A program made the position numbers and the translations under genes. Shown piece after piece: positions 1 to 11,773 of a stretch of 64,000 nt of DNA. Origin of the DNA: Octopus vulgaris (taxonomy: Eukaryota); the NCBI GenBank assembly GCA_951406725.2, contig OX597826.1, positions 1,364,001 to 1,428,000 of the forward strand, in the 5' to 3' direction. The notes beneath the pieces are model-generated. The model made no database searches, was not told the origin of the DNA, and worked only from the letters and a program-made list of their open reading frames with translations. Every line of letters starts with the position of its first letter. Positions within the stretch are counted from its first letter, which is position 1.

Positions 1-369
1 CAGTAGACAATTACCTTAATAATAAAATTGAAGCCTTTTTTTTTAAGGAAGTTAAGTTTAGTAGCATTGCTTTTTTTTTTTTAGAAAAGATTAAATATAT
101 ATAAAAAAAAATTTAAACCCACCAACATCCTATAAATGAGGAGATCATCAACTATCAACTGATAGTGTGATAGTGCAAAACAACTAAAACAAATACAAGT
201 CAAAGTGCTAAATAAATTCACAACCAGATCGCTTTGAAAGGATGCAATATAAGAACTGATGAACCAAAAACTGACATCTGAAAACTGATACAAAGGGAGG
301 GGTAAAAAAAAACAAAAAAACAAACACACTGAAAAACGATAAAAACAAAATTGAAAATCGTTGACTTAC

Positions 370-605
370 GTCTGGAGAGCTTGGTCTATCATATCTGTCA
401 GCCTCGTTAACGTTGGGGAGAGAGACCACTTTACCATCTTCATTGCCGCCGTATTGGTTTTGCATGCCCCATCCTGGATAGGTGGCTTGGTCACCATGTT
501 TTTTATCACGTCGATCTCGTACATCATGGCGAGGAAGTGTTGCAATAATTGGATAGTCACCAGCAGATCCGAAAGACTCAGTGCTTGCAATGCGGTCACG
601 GTTGA
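370..605 (-). CDS. Protein 4.1 homologue exon (236 nt, phase 1-0), variable region: (V)NRDRIASTESFGSAGDYPIIATLPRHDVRDRRDKKHGDQATYPGWGMQNQYGGNEDGKVVSLPNVNEADRYDRPSSPD
   Basis: (CT)n-ccccgttgcag acceptor and gtaagt donor; GC-richer than the flanks; phase compatible with the upstream exon; reads as disordered linker. No homology recognised, so support is splice signals plus frame. Confidence 0.75.
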
Positions 606-1834
606 CTGCAACGGGGAGAGAGAGAGAGAGGGCATAATGAAATTCATGGAATGAGATCGTGGGGTGTAGCTGTTTAGATGCTGGTGATTTGGCAGGGTTG
701 ACAGAGTACTTTTTGGCACTGGAGGCAGACAGACAGACACACACATGCATACAGAAAGATACACATACAGATTAAGGGAGAGGGATGGCAATAATTTAAA
801 AGCTTATGGCTAAGTCAAACCAGGTTCAATTTTTTTCTCAGCACAGGGTTAATGGTTAATCATAATAAAAAAAACTACCCATCTTTTGTTGTTCTTTTCT
901 TTCTGTTTCAGCCATTGGACTGTGGAAATGCTGGGGCACTACTTTGAAGAATTTTTAGCCAATTCAATCAATTGCAGTATTTTTTTAAAGCCTGGTCCTT
1001 ATTCAATTGGTCTCCTTTGCTGAACTGCTAAATTGTGAGTGGGTGGTAGGGAACAGACACAGAAACATGCACACATATATATATGATGGGCTTCCCAAGA
1101 CTATAGAAGACATTTGCCCAAGATGCCATGCAATGGAACTGAACCCAGAACCATGTGATTGGGAAGCAAACTTCTTACCATACAACCATGGCAATCAGCA
1201 TGAAATTCTGCTTTAAGCATTTCATATAATCTTTCATAGTTTAAAAAAAAATTTTCTTGGCATTTTCAGAAAATTTTTGTAAATTGTGCGTATGATTTAA
1301 GGGCAATTTAGCTGTTGTTTTTAGCACATCACACAACCACCTGATGCCTTCCTGGTTTCTTTATCACTCTGAGATGTACTAATGTTTTTCAATATTTTTC
1401 TCCCCATAAACACATTTAATGATTCTTTGCTGGGACATGAGCTAAAAATTTGCACTGCCTGTTTTTAAGAAAAAAAAAGAAAAATGGAAAAAGAGAGGAA
1501 ATTTTAGGTTTAGGATTTAAGGGTAGGTTAAAAAAATTTTTGTTTTCATAATCGTATGAATTCCTGTGAAGAACATGAATTCACAAAAATTTTCTGAAAA
1601 TTCCAATAAATAAAAAAGTTATGAGGGTTTATAAGAGGTCTTTAAACCAGAATTGTCGGAAAAGGTATAAAATTTTTGGTTTTTTTCTTTCTGGGAGAGG
1701 TCGGAAGTCAAAAAGCTATCCAAGTAACAAGATTCATGAACTATTTTTTTTTTTTTGGTGTGGGGGGGGGGGACACATTGTACAAAATAATACAAATCTA
1801 TTGAGCAAAGTACAAAACTTTGATGAGCTCTTAC

Positions 1835-2022
1835 CGTCATCCATACTTCGTGACCGATCATAATTGTAAGACTGGGCGTATTTCCCACCACGATTGAAAT
1901 GAGGATTCTGTCTATCAATTGTATCCTGGCGTGTTTGATATTGTGTGCGACCAGAGTAGCGGAACTTAGAACCAAACCGTGGGAATACATTTGCAGGTTT
2001 AGATGATTCTGGTTCTTTCAGC
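1835..2022 (-). CDS. Protein 4.1 homologue exon (188 nt, phase 2-1), FERM-adjacent (FA) region: LKEPESSKPANVFPRFGSKFRYSGRTQYQTRQDTIDRQNPHFNRGGKYAQSYNYDRSRSMDD
   Basis: ttccctctag acceptor and gtaaga donor; GSKFRYSGRTQ FA signature. Confidence 0.95.
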
Positions 2023-3482
2023 CTAGAGGGAAAAAGAAATAAGACAAAAGGTTTACATAAAAATACGCAATATGATGGGATTCTTTCAGTTTCCATCTAC
2101 CAAATTCCTCGCAAGGCTTTTGGTCAACCAGGAACTATAATCATAGACACTTGCCCAAAGGACCATGTAGCTGGGAAGCAAATTTCTTACCACACAGCCA
2201 CAGCTGCAACTCAGAATCCTTTAAGGAATTGCTATTTAGCCCCAGGTCAGTCCTCATTGAGAAGGATCTATGATCATCAAGACCACCCCATTTTATTTTC
2301 AGACATGATTTGCTGTACATAAGACACATCAAGCCAAGTAAAATCGCTGTCTTCCACATGTACAGGCTTGTCCTTTCGGGTGCTAGAGCCACCTAAAAAG
2401 AGCCAGTGGAACGTAGTATGCACCCAGCACACACAGTTACGTGGTTGGCGTTAGGAAGGGCATCCAACCATAGAGACCGATCCACAACGGACAGACTGGA
2501 GTCTGGCCAGCTGCCTGTCAAACCGTCCACCTCGTACCAGCATGGAAAGTGGATGTTAAATGACGACAACAACAACGATGATGATGATGATGATGACTAC
2601 ATTAAGACTACTGTCCAAATTAAGTTTCTTTTTAATGCACCAAATCAGAGGCAAAGGTACCGTTACCCCAAATATCTGGTCCTTATTTCTTCATTCCAAC
2701 AGACAGCAGATGGAATTAAACTCATATCAAAGTGCTTTCAGCATGATATGAACTCATGATGCAAGAGTTGGCAGTCGGATATTGCATCTGATTGGTTATT
2801 TTGTCTAATAAAGACAAAGTTAAAAAACCCCCAAAAACCAAGAAAACCTGATTTAGAAACCTCCCCCTCCCCACCACACTAATAAGATCAAGATTATGTA
2901 CATTATTTATGCAAGTCAGACTGGAGGGCTCATTTTAATTGCTGCTTCCATCCAGGCCTTCTTCAGGTGTCTTGGGTCAGACTCAATTGTTATATTGGAA
3001 CTCTGGAATGTAACCCATTCTTTGATCCGTGGAAAGCAACAGTCAACTGAGGACATCAGTTCGACTTATGTAAATGTCTTTTATCTTTTACTTGTTTCAG
3101 TCATCTGACTGCGGCCACGCTGGAGCAGCACCTTGAAGGGTTATATATATATTTTTTTAAGTCTAGTACTTATTTTCTCAGTTTCTTTTGCTGAAATGCT
3201 AAATTACGGGGACGTACACACACCAACACGGTCGAGTGGTGATGGGAAACACACACAGGCTTCTTTTCAGTTTCTGTTTACTAAATCCACTCACAAGACT
3301 TTGGTCGGTGCCTGAGGTTATAATAAAAGACACTTGTCCAAGGTGCCACTCAGTGGGACTGAACCTGGAACCATGTGGTTGGGAAGCAAACTTCTTCTTA
3401 CCACACAGCCACACCTACATAAATAATACACATAATATAAATTGCTCATCCCAGAAATATAGAATTGTAAGATCAAGATTAC

Positions 3483-3580
3483 CTGAAGAATGTGTGATGT
3501 TCAACACACGTTTTCCAGAGCCGTTTTGCAAGATGGTGATGTTCCAATTTGAATGAAACTAGAGTATCTAATTTCTCAAA
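3483..3580 (-). CDS. Protein 4.1 homologue exon (98 nt, phase 0-2): FEKLDTLVSFKLEHHHLAKRLWKTCVEHHTFF(R)
   Basis: tattttcag acceptor and gtaatc donor; LWKxCVEHHTFFR marks the end of the FERM domain. Confidence 0.97.
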
Positions 3581-3984
3581 CTGAAAATAAAAAATAATAT
3601 TAGTCAATAAAATATGGTGATTAATCAAGAGTAATTGCAAGGTGGTCATGCTGGAGCACTGCTGAGCTGAGGGTTTAGCTGATCTGATTAGCCCCATTAG
3701 TAATATCAACCTGGTATTTATTCTAATGATTTCTATGGTGACATGCTCTATTGTAGATTTTCTAAGCCTGTGCAGCATGCAAAGAAAAGAATGACCCTCA
3801 CTCCCCACCAAAAGAAAGAAAAACTTATCCAAATTTACATACAGAAAACTGAAATCTATCACAAAACCCCTTGCAGGTCCTTAAAAAAAGTTGAAAAGCA
3901 GGCCTACTAGATTAGGGTTTATTTGACTATAAACAACAACAAACATTAAAAAAAACACACCATAGAACCAATGGCAATACTTAC

Positions 3985-4137
3985 TTCAGTGGGTCGAAGT
4001 TTGATGCCGAAATTTTTCCGCTTATAAGAGATTTTCAAAATCTTTGGCCAAGAAAAACGGTTAATCCGAAGTTTGTCCTTATAAACCATAAGACCACTGG
4101 CACAAACTCCAAGGAGAATATCCACATTGTTGGAATC
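3985..4137 (-). CDS. Protein 4.1 homologue exon (153 nt, phase 0-0), FERM-C: [51 protein letters not shown]
   Basis: ctatttttag acceptor and gtaagt donor; [18 protein letters not shown] signature. Confidence 0.97.
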
Positions 4138-5325
4138 CTAAAAATAGACAAAAAATATGAAACTACTGTGAATTTATGAGAATTATATAAGTATGTAATA
4201 TTGTTTATCGTTTTCTTTTATCTGTTTCAGTCGTAAGAGTGTGGCCATGCTGGGGCACCGCCTTGAAAAACTTTTTAGTCAAATGAATCAACCCCAGCAC
4301 TTATTAGTTTTTTTAAAGGCCTGGTTCTTATTCTATCAGTTGCTTTTGGCTGAACTGCTAAGTTACAGGGATGTTAACACACCAACACCAGTTGTCAAGT
4401 AGTCGTGGGACACACACACACAAATGGGATTCTTTCAGTTTCCATCTACTAAATCCACTCACTAGGCTTTGGTCATCCCATGCTATAGTAGAAGACACCT
4501 GTCCAAGGTGTGACACAGTGGGATTGAACCTAGAACTATGAGGCCAGCAAGCAAGCATATATTTCCTGTGTCTGTTGGTGACTGCATTTTCACTTTATAG
4601 GGTCAGTTTTCTCATTTGATGATTACAGTATAACCAGTTCCAATAAACACTCACACACACATATAGACAGACAGATGGATATATATAACATGAGTTATAT
4701 ATCATTGACCTCTTCAGAAAAATATTTGTTCCTTCACCCTCTTCATTGAAATTTCTTGAATGTTTGGCCATTTTATAATCTTTCCTCTCAATGCTCTTAA
4801 AAAAAAAAAGACTTTTTTTTGTTTAATCTGAGTGAAGCCTTTTTTTTCAACTTTGCAGGTTTCATGATGTCATTACTTGAAGTCTTGTCACGAACTGGCT
4901 CAAAGATAGAGTTTTATTGGAAAACAATGGCATAAATCTGAATTTCAATTACTCTTGCAAGTACTGCTAGCACTTCTTACGAGCAGGATTGCCATTCATC
5001 GTCATTCAACATCCATTTCCCATGTCGGCATGGGCTTGAAGGTTTGAGAGGAGCTGACTAGCTGAAGGGCTGTTCAGGCTCCATGTTTTTGACATAGTTT
5101 CTATGGCTGGATGTCCTTCCTAACACCAACCACTTTTCAGAGTGTACTGGGTGCTCTCATGCAGCACCAACATGGGTGCCTTTTATGTGACACCAGCACC
5201 TAAGAGCCTGCAAGATTAGGGATGCTCAGATTAGGGATGCAGGGGATGAGCCTGTATGCAAGGGCAACCATGCTTTTACTTAGTTTGGTGTGTCTTTCCA
5301 AGTGCAGCAAATTGCTAGGAATCTC

Positions 5326-5547
5326 TGGCAAAATCGTTAGCACGCCGAGTGAGATGCGCAGCCGTATTTTGTCTGCTGATATGTTCTGAGTTCAAATTCC
5401 GCCGAGGTCGACTTTGCCTTTCATCCTTTCAGGGTCGATAAATTAAGTACCATTATGCACTGGGGTCGATATAATCGACTTAATCCGTTTGTCTGTCCTT
5501 GTTTGTCCTCTCTGTGTTTAGCCCCTTGTGGGTAGTAAAGAAATAGG
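5326..5547 (+). mobile_element. SINE family B variant with a different 3' tail, nested in a family C copy
   Basis: Core gagttcaaattccgccgaggtcgactttgcctttcatcctttcagggtcgataaattaagtacc. Tail tgtttagccccttgtgggtagtaaagaaata recurs at ~35155-35228. Flanks ggaatctct / gggatctct. Confidence 0.75.
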
Positions 5548-6509
5548 GATCTCTGTCCCCTGTCATCCCCTCTGTGAGTCCCAACATGCATTATGGGTGC
5601 TCAATTTCTTTAAAAAAAAAGAATTCAAAATTGTCAGACAACCGAAAACATTCCATTGTAAATGGGCATTAAATGCATATTCACATTGAATGTCTCTATT
5701 ACAAAATCATCATGGGAAGTTTGCACCTGTCCTTAATTGGCCAATTGGTGTTGCATGTTCATTAGGTGTATGCCAATGATGTAATATTTGCCAAGGCATT
5801 TTGAATTTCCATATTGTATTTTAGATGGATCTCTTTAAAGCAAAACCAAAGACACCAGCAACAAAACTTAAAGTAGGAGATAACTGATGATCAAAACTGT
5901 TATCAAGTCCCCTCCAGGGCATGAACAGCAAGATCCTAATCCTATTCTTGACAATGTAGTTGACATTTATGATGATGATGATCATCATCATCATTTAATG
6001 TCTGCCTTCCATGCTGGCATGGGTGGGACAATTTGACAGGAGCTGGCCAGGTAGAAGCCTGTACCAGACTTTTGCAACTGTTTTGGCAGGATTTTTTACT
6101 GCTGGATGCCCTTCTTGACACCAACTACACCCAGCAGAGTGGACTTAGTGCTTTTCATGTGGCGCAAGCACAGGCGAGGCCAGTTTTGGTAAGGTTTTTA
6201 CAGCTGGATGCCGTTCTAAATGCCAACCCCTTTACAGTGTTGACCGGATGCTTTTTAAGTGGGACTTGCACTGACAGAGTCACGAAGTAACTAGCAAAAC
6301 AAACAAAAAAACCTCTGAGAGGGGAGGCGGAATTGGAGGAAGTGATGTTTTGTCAGATGAGAGAGAAACAGGTGTCTTGCTGTAGAGGAAGTACAAGGTT
6401 ACCTGGAGAGAGAGAGAGAGAGAAAGAGAGACATTGTGAACAACTGATGCTATGAATGATGAAGAGGATCAGATGAGAACAAGATAAATGATGACAATTA
6501 AGTACGTAC

Positions 6510-6597
6510 TTTGGCTTCATGGAGGTCTACTCCATACATTGCAAGTTTCTTTGCGTTTTCAAGGTAGTGAAGTTCTGCTTCCTCTGGTGTTTGTCCC
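6510..6597 (-). CDS. Protein 4.1 homologue exon (88 nt, phase 2-0): [29 protein letters not shown]
   Basis: ctcatttcag acceptor and gtacgt donor; LENAKKLxMYGVDLH signature. Confidence 0.97.
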
Positions 6598-6652
6598 CTG
6601 AAATGAGAAAACAATCAATTGCTTCATAATACATTCCATTTTTAACAGTGTA

Positions 6653-6854
6653 ATTAGGGTTCAGCAAAAAAATTTACTTCACCACAGATCGAAATTTAGA
6701 AATAGCAGCCAAAAAAACTAGCTATTTCTCTACCATAATAAAATCTCCCAGACAACATATACTGCCTGGGAGATTTGGTAGAGAAATAGCTAGTTTTTTT
6801 GCTATTTCTAAATTTCGGTACGTGGTGAAGCAAATTTTTTTGCTGAACCCTAAT
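6653..6854. mobile_element. Fold-back MITE-like element, almost entirely palindromic (~200 bp)
   Basis: attagggttcagcaaaaaaattt...gaaatttagaaatagc...ctagctatttctctacca...aatctcccag / ctgggagatt tggtagagaaatagctag...gctatttctaaatttc...aaatttttttgctgaaccctaat; arms of ~95 nt with a short loop. Confidence 0.9.
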
Positions 6855-7255
6855 CATAATTATACTCATAATTATAAAAATTATTGTTTAAGTTTACCGA
6901 TAATGGTTTTTTTTAACATGCCGAAGCTACTTGGTAAAATTATTAATTATTAATTAACTAATTTTACCCTTTATTATTATTGATATATATACATAATCAA
7001 GGAAAGGTTATAACCTCAGTGTGAGTAGTTGCTGTAGTGGAAACATGTGTAGGTCATTATAATATGCTGTATATAACTATAAAATAAATTTTGTGGATGT
7101 ACAAGTCTCCATACACTTTATTATTATTATTATTAATAATAATATATATATACACACACACACACAAACCATTCGGTACAAACTCACAATAATCTTTATC
7201 TTTTATATATGAAATAATGGCAAGAATAATGATAGAGTAGAGAGTATTGACTTAC

Positions 7256-7435
7256 TTATGCTGCTGATGCAGATGTGCAATGTTACAAAGCATTTCATTA
7301 TCCTGGTTTGGGGCAAACTTCAAATCTTTGATGTAGTTTATAGTGTCTCCATGTTCTGCATAATCATAGTCTCCCAGTTCAGACTGAACTGTGTAAGAGC
7401 CTAGCAACACGTGTGTAGCAAATGAACAAGGCAGT
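7256..7435 (-). CDS. Protein 4.1 homologue exon (180 nt, phase 2-2), FERM-M: LPCSFATHVLLGSYTVQSELGDYDYAEHGDTINYIKDLKFAPNQDNEMLCNIAHLHQQH(K)
   Basis: ccccttcag acceptor and gtaagt donor; RLPCSF...QSELGDYD signature. Confidence 0.97.
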
Positions 7436-7650
7436 CTGAAGGGGATGGCAGTAAGGGAGTGGCAAAAAAAAGAAAAATTAAAAATAATTAAAAAAAACAA
7501 TACATAAATAAAAATTTTATATTATAAAATTAAACACAAAAAAACATGAGAAAACAAAAAGTAAATTAATACAAATATTGATTTCTTTGCACTAGGCAAG
7601 CATTTGTCAGGTAGATAATTGATCAAATTGACTCCTATAAGCATGATATC

Positions 7651-8012
7651 AACAAGAGCACTCAGAGAGCACAAATCTCCGCCAAGGCAGCACCAACATC
7701 CTCTCAATGATTAGCCAGAGATGATTTTTAAAATGAGAATATCTGAAATAAACTCGACTGCTCTCACAAGCGAGAATATTAAAAAAGAACCTGATTGCTC
7801 TCAAAAATTTAATTAAAAAAATCAGGAAAAGTAATCCAGAATCCTTGTCTGGTACTGGATTGATCCCTCAAATCTAATCAGTTTGTGCCAGTCACAAGGC
7901 CAAACATCCCTGAAAGTCTCATCTGAATCCATTCAGCAGTTCTTGAGATATCTTGTCCATGGACAAACACGAATCAAAACAATACCCCCGCCTTCGCTAA
8001 GGCAGAGGTAAT
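7651..8012. mobile_element. Non-autonomous DNA element with a terminal hairpin (second copy ~61997-62363)
   Basis: Two ~360-bp copies share gagcactcag...ccgccaaggc...caccaacatcctctcaatgattagccagagatgatttttaaaatgagaat...cttgagatatcttgtccatggacaaaca...gccttcgctaaggcagaggtaat. Confidence 0.8.
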
Positions 8013-8592
8013 AATGTAGTAGAAAGAGGTATATAGAGCATTTGAATTATTTCAAGCCACCCCATGAGAGACAAAAAAAAAAAAAAAGATTATCCTTACA
8101 CGATTTAAACTCATAACTACAAGATGTAGAAGAAAATACTGTAATGTATTGCAATATGTTTTTTTGTTGTTGTCCCAAGCACTATTATTATTATTATTGT
8201 CTCGCACCAGTATGCAACACTGAGTTAACAAAGTAGCATCTGCCATGGTTGCTTGACCAGCTATAATTAGTAGCTGCATCTCCTTCAAAATCTCTCCCTA
8301 CAGTTTCAAATTCAGATAAATATACTGGGTCAAGCAGTCATCACGTCAGCATCATTTCGATGTAAATTTTTCCTTGGGTTGGATGAAGTTGATTGAGGTA
8401 GATTTTCTTAGGCAGGATGCCCTTCCTGTTGACAACCCTCACCTGTTCCTATGTAAGTTAATATATCCCCAAGGCCAGACATGTTTTCAAATGTTAAAAT
8501 CATGTGGTCATGCAGATTTTCTACAGCCAGATGTTCTTCCTGTCATCAACCCACAACCACGGTTTGCATAGAAGACTGGAAATGAACATTGC

Positions 8593-8817
8593 TAGAGATG
8601 CCAAAAAGGCTCTAAAACTACTTTTTATTTATTACATAGAAACGGGCGGAAAGCGAGGGAATGAACAAAAAAGATGTTTTAAAAAGTTTAGCCATAGATC
8701 AATTTCTGATTTAGTGATGTAATACCACTTAAAGAACGTCTCTTTTGCTCATTCCCTCACTTTTAGCCCATGTCTACATGATAAAGTAGTTTTAGATCCC
8801 TTTGGCATCATCTTCTA
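8593..8817. mobile_element. MITE with long degenerate TIRs starting TAGAGATG (hAT-like end)
   Basis: gatgccaaaaaggctctaaaactacttt...gagggaatgaacaaaa vs ttttgctcattccctc...aaagtagttttagatccctttggcatc. No clear TSD. Confidence 0.72.
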
Positions 8818-9219
8818 GCATGTGGCATTACTTGGTAGTTGCCCTCATTATAATTTTAAAATTATATTTATAAAATTAAATACTTTGTATTAATTTTCAC
8901 CTAAGTTGGTTTTTACATGTTTACTTAACGTGCAAGTCGCTGAGTACTCCACAGACATGTGTACCCATAACATAGTTCTCGGGGAGATTCAGTGTGACAG
9001 AGTGTGACAGGGCTGGCCCTCTGAAATACAGGTACAACAGAAACAGGAAAACAGACTAGGAGAAAGAGTACAGCAGGGTACACCACCACCATCCCCTGCC
9101 AGAGTTATGGAGCTTTAGGTGTTTTTATTCAATAAACACTCACAATGCCTGATCTGGGAATCGAAACTGTGATCCTACGACTTCAAATCTGCTGCCCTAA
9201 CCACTAGGCCATTGTGCCT

Positions 9220-9221
<2 letters not shown>

Positions 9222-9252
<31 letters not shown>

Positions 9253-9281
9253 TAGATAGATAGATATAGATATATATATAT
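9222..9281. repeat. (TA)n/(TAGA)n compound microsatellite; (TA)n also at ~60998-61024
   Basis: Directly visible. Confidence 0.95.
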
Positions 9282-9912
9282 GGGGAAGACAGTTGTAATA
9301 TCCATCCCCTACTTTACTATAAATATCTATGATGGCTGTCTTGACCTTTCTCCACTGTTTTTACTTTCTAAAACAACAAGGTCAATTTTCATACAAAATA
9401 TCATCTCAAGTTGCTGACATAAAGCATTTTCAAAGACCAGGTCCTTAACTATAAAGTTTTCACATACATTTTCCCAAGTCTTAAATATATGAAAACAAAA
9501 ACCAAAAAAAAAAATAGTCATGAGTAAGACATAGATAAATAAATAGAGCCAGGCATGTATTTTTTTGTCTGTCTGTGAAATTAGGCCAGATAAAGGACTT
9601 TTGCAGCAACTTAGGATCTGGAACAAACTGACTGGTTTTGTTGTTATTTAACAACTTGGTAAACCATTAGAAACTCTCTAAATTGCTGGAGCAAGTGTTT
9701 ACTTTCACGCTTTAGCGTTCAGATTATTCTGTCAAATGTGATGTTTATTCGCATTGTTTTTGAATTAATCATGCGTTGTCTCATAGCTTTGAGATTTCAA
9801 TGATACGATGTTTTATTTGTCGAATGAGATTGTGGGATAGGTGTGTGGAGAGGCCACATCTGGCTGCTTTGAATATAATACAGTCAGAATATTCTGGTCG
9901 GCTATGACTAGT

Positions 9913-10101
9913 TTAACCCTTTAGTGTTCAGATTATTTTGTCAAATGTAAGGCTTATTATTATTCATGTAGCTTCAAGATTTCAATGATGTGACTTTATT
10001 TTTAAAATGACATTGTAGGTTAGGTGTGAGAGGCCCGACCCGGTCAGTTTAAACCTAAAACAGGTAGAATACTTTGGCTGGTTTATATACTAAAGGGTTA
10101 A
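9913..10101. mobile_element. piggyBac-type MITE (TTAA-CCCTTTAG...CTAAAGGG-TTAA), preceded by a tandem copy at ~9705-9912
   Basis: TTAA flanks and CCC/GGG ends. Family copies at ~15948-16175, 19411-19630 and 27690-28260 (the last split by a SINE A). Confidence 0.8.
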
Positions 10102-11469
10102 ATGTTAATGAGTTAAGGATGGATGCCTTCCTTTCAGTTAGCAAGCGGCAGACCAAAAAGTGAAGTAGAGTAACATGTCTAAGAGTGCAATGCTATGCAG
10201 CAATACAGACTGAAATGATATCCGTGACTTGTTATGCAACCGTATTATACTATAAAGTATTTTGTTAGTCTATTAGTCTTTTACTGGATTCAATCATTTG
10301 ACTGCGGCCATGCTGGAACAAATCGACCCCAGAACTTATTCTTTGTAAGCCTATTCTAAGCCTTTGTAAGACTTATTCTATCAGTCTCTTTTGCTGAACC
10401 ACTAAGTTACGAGGACATAAACACACCAGCATCGGTTGTCAAGCGACGGTGGGGGGACAAACACAGACACACAAAAACATATATATATGATGGGCTTCTT
10501 TCAGTTTCCATCTACCAAATCCACCCACAAGGCTTTAGTCGGCCCGAGGCTATAGAAGAAGACACTCGCCCAAGGTGCCACGCAGTAGGATTGAACCTGG
10601 AACCATGTGGTTGGTTAGCAGGCTACTTACCACACAGCCACTCCTGTGCCTATAAATGTATATTAAATATTTTTATAAATCAATATTGCATTCTACTGTG
10701 TTAGCAGTGCTACTTCAGCACTCGTTAAGGTTGTCTCTACAGGTAGTCCATAGGAATATCAGCCAGCACTGACTTTTGCTATGACATTTCATATCCAAGG
10801 CGTCAGATGTAAACAAACAATGAGACCAAAGATGGAAAATGAGTAATGAGCTTCTATGCCATATTTCGGGGGTTTTTGCTCCCTTCAGCAGCACCCATCC
10901 AAACCATTAATCATCCTCAAACCCATTACTTAAATAGTCACTATATACAGTGGTGTATAGTTACTGGATATACACCCATTACCCAGGTTTCATTTTTGAT
11001 TTCTTTGCTTTTTGTCTCATATAATGAAACATCATAACCAAAATCAGTGCCGGCCAATAATTTCTATAGAATATCTGTAGAGATGACCTGAAGAAGTAAA
11101 GAAACAACATTAGTTAGCTATAGCAATACATTACAGCTTTTCCACTTTCTACAGCGGTTCACTGGAAGTTTGAGTCAGTAGTTCAATACTGCAGCCAGCC
11201 ATCCAGCCAGAATGTATCGTTTGATAATTAGAATGTGTATGAGGGACAGTGAGTGAGCTGTATGCAAATGGGTGTGTGTGTGTGTGTGTGTGTGGGTGTG
11301 TGTAGATGGGAATGTGAAACAAGTTAGCAAGGAAGACAGTAACAGGCAAATGAGACAGTATGAATAATAGAATAAATATGCAAAATAAATTGAGACATAG
11401 AGGAAGGAGGAAACGGTCAATGTGGCAAGAACACAATTTATGTATAATAAAATAGTTCAAAGTGGGTGG

Positions 11470-11509
<40 letters not shown>

Positions 11510-11773
11510 CCCCACCCAGTAATTGAGTTTGAATGCCAGACAATAGAGAATAGAGAAACCTCCGCATCCTGCAAGTCTGGTGTTTTTATCTTTGATATTT
11601 CAAAATTGGCATGCACCAAACCCATAAGCTATGTGCGTGCGCATGTCTGTCTGTGTGTGTGTGTGTGTGTGTGTGTGCATGCAAGAACTTTTATGACAGA
11701 TAATTAGCTTGGTAACCATTTGCAAAAGGTTGCCCAGTGTTTTAGGTCATGCGATACATGAAAATAACCTTAC

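Noticed and set aside
361-654. Plus-strand 97-aa hydrophobic ORF
   Set aside because: Antisense shadow of the GC-richer exon, with a TTG start and no independent support.
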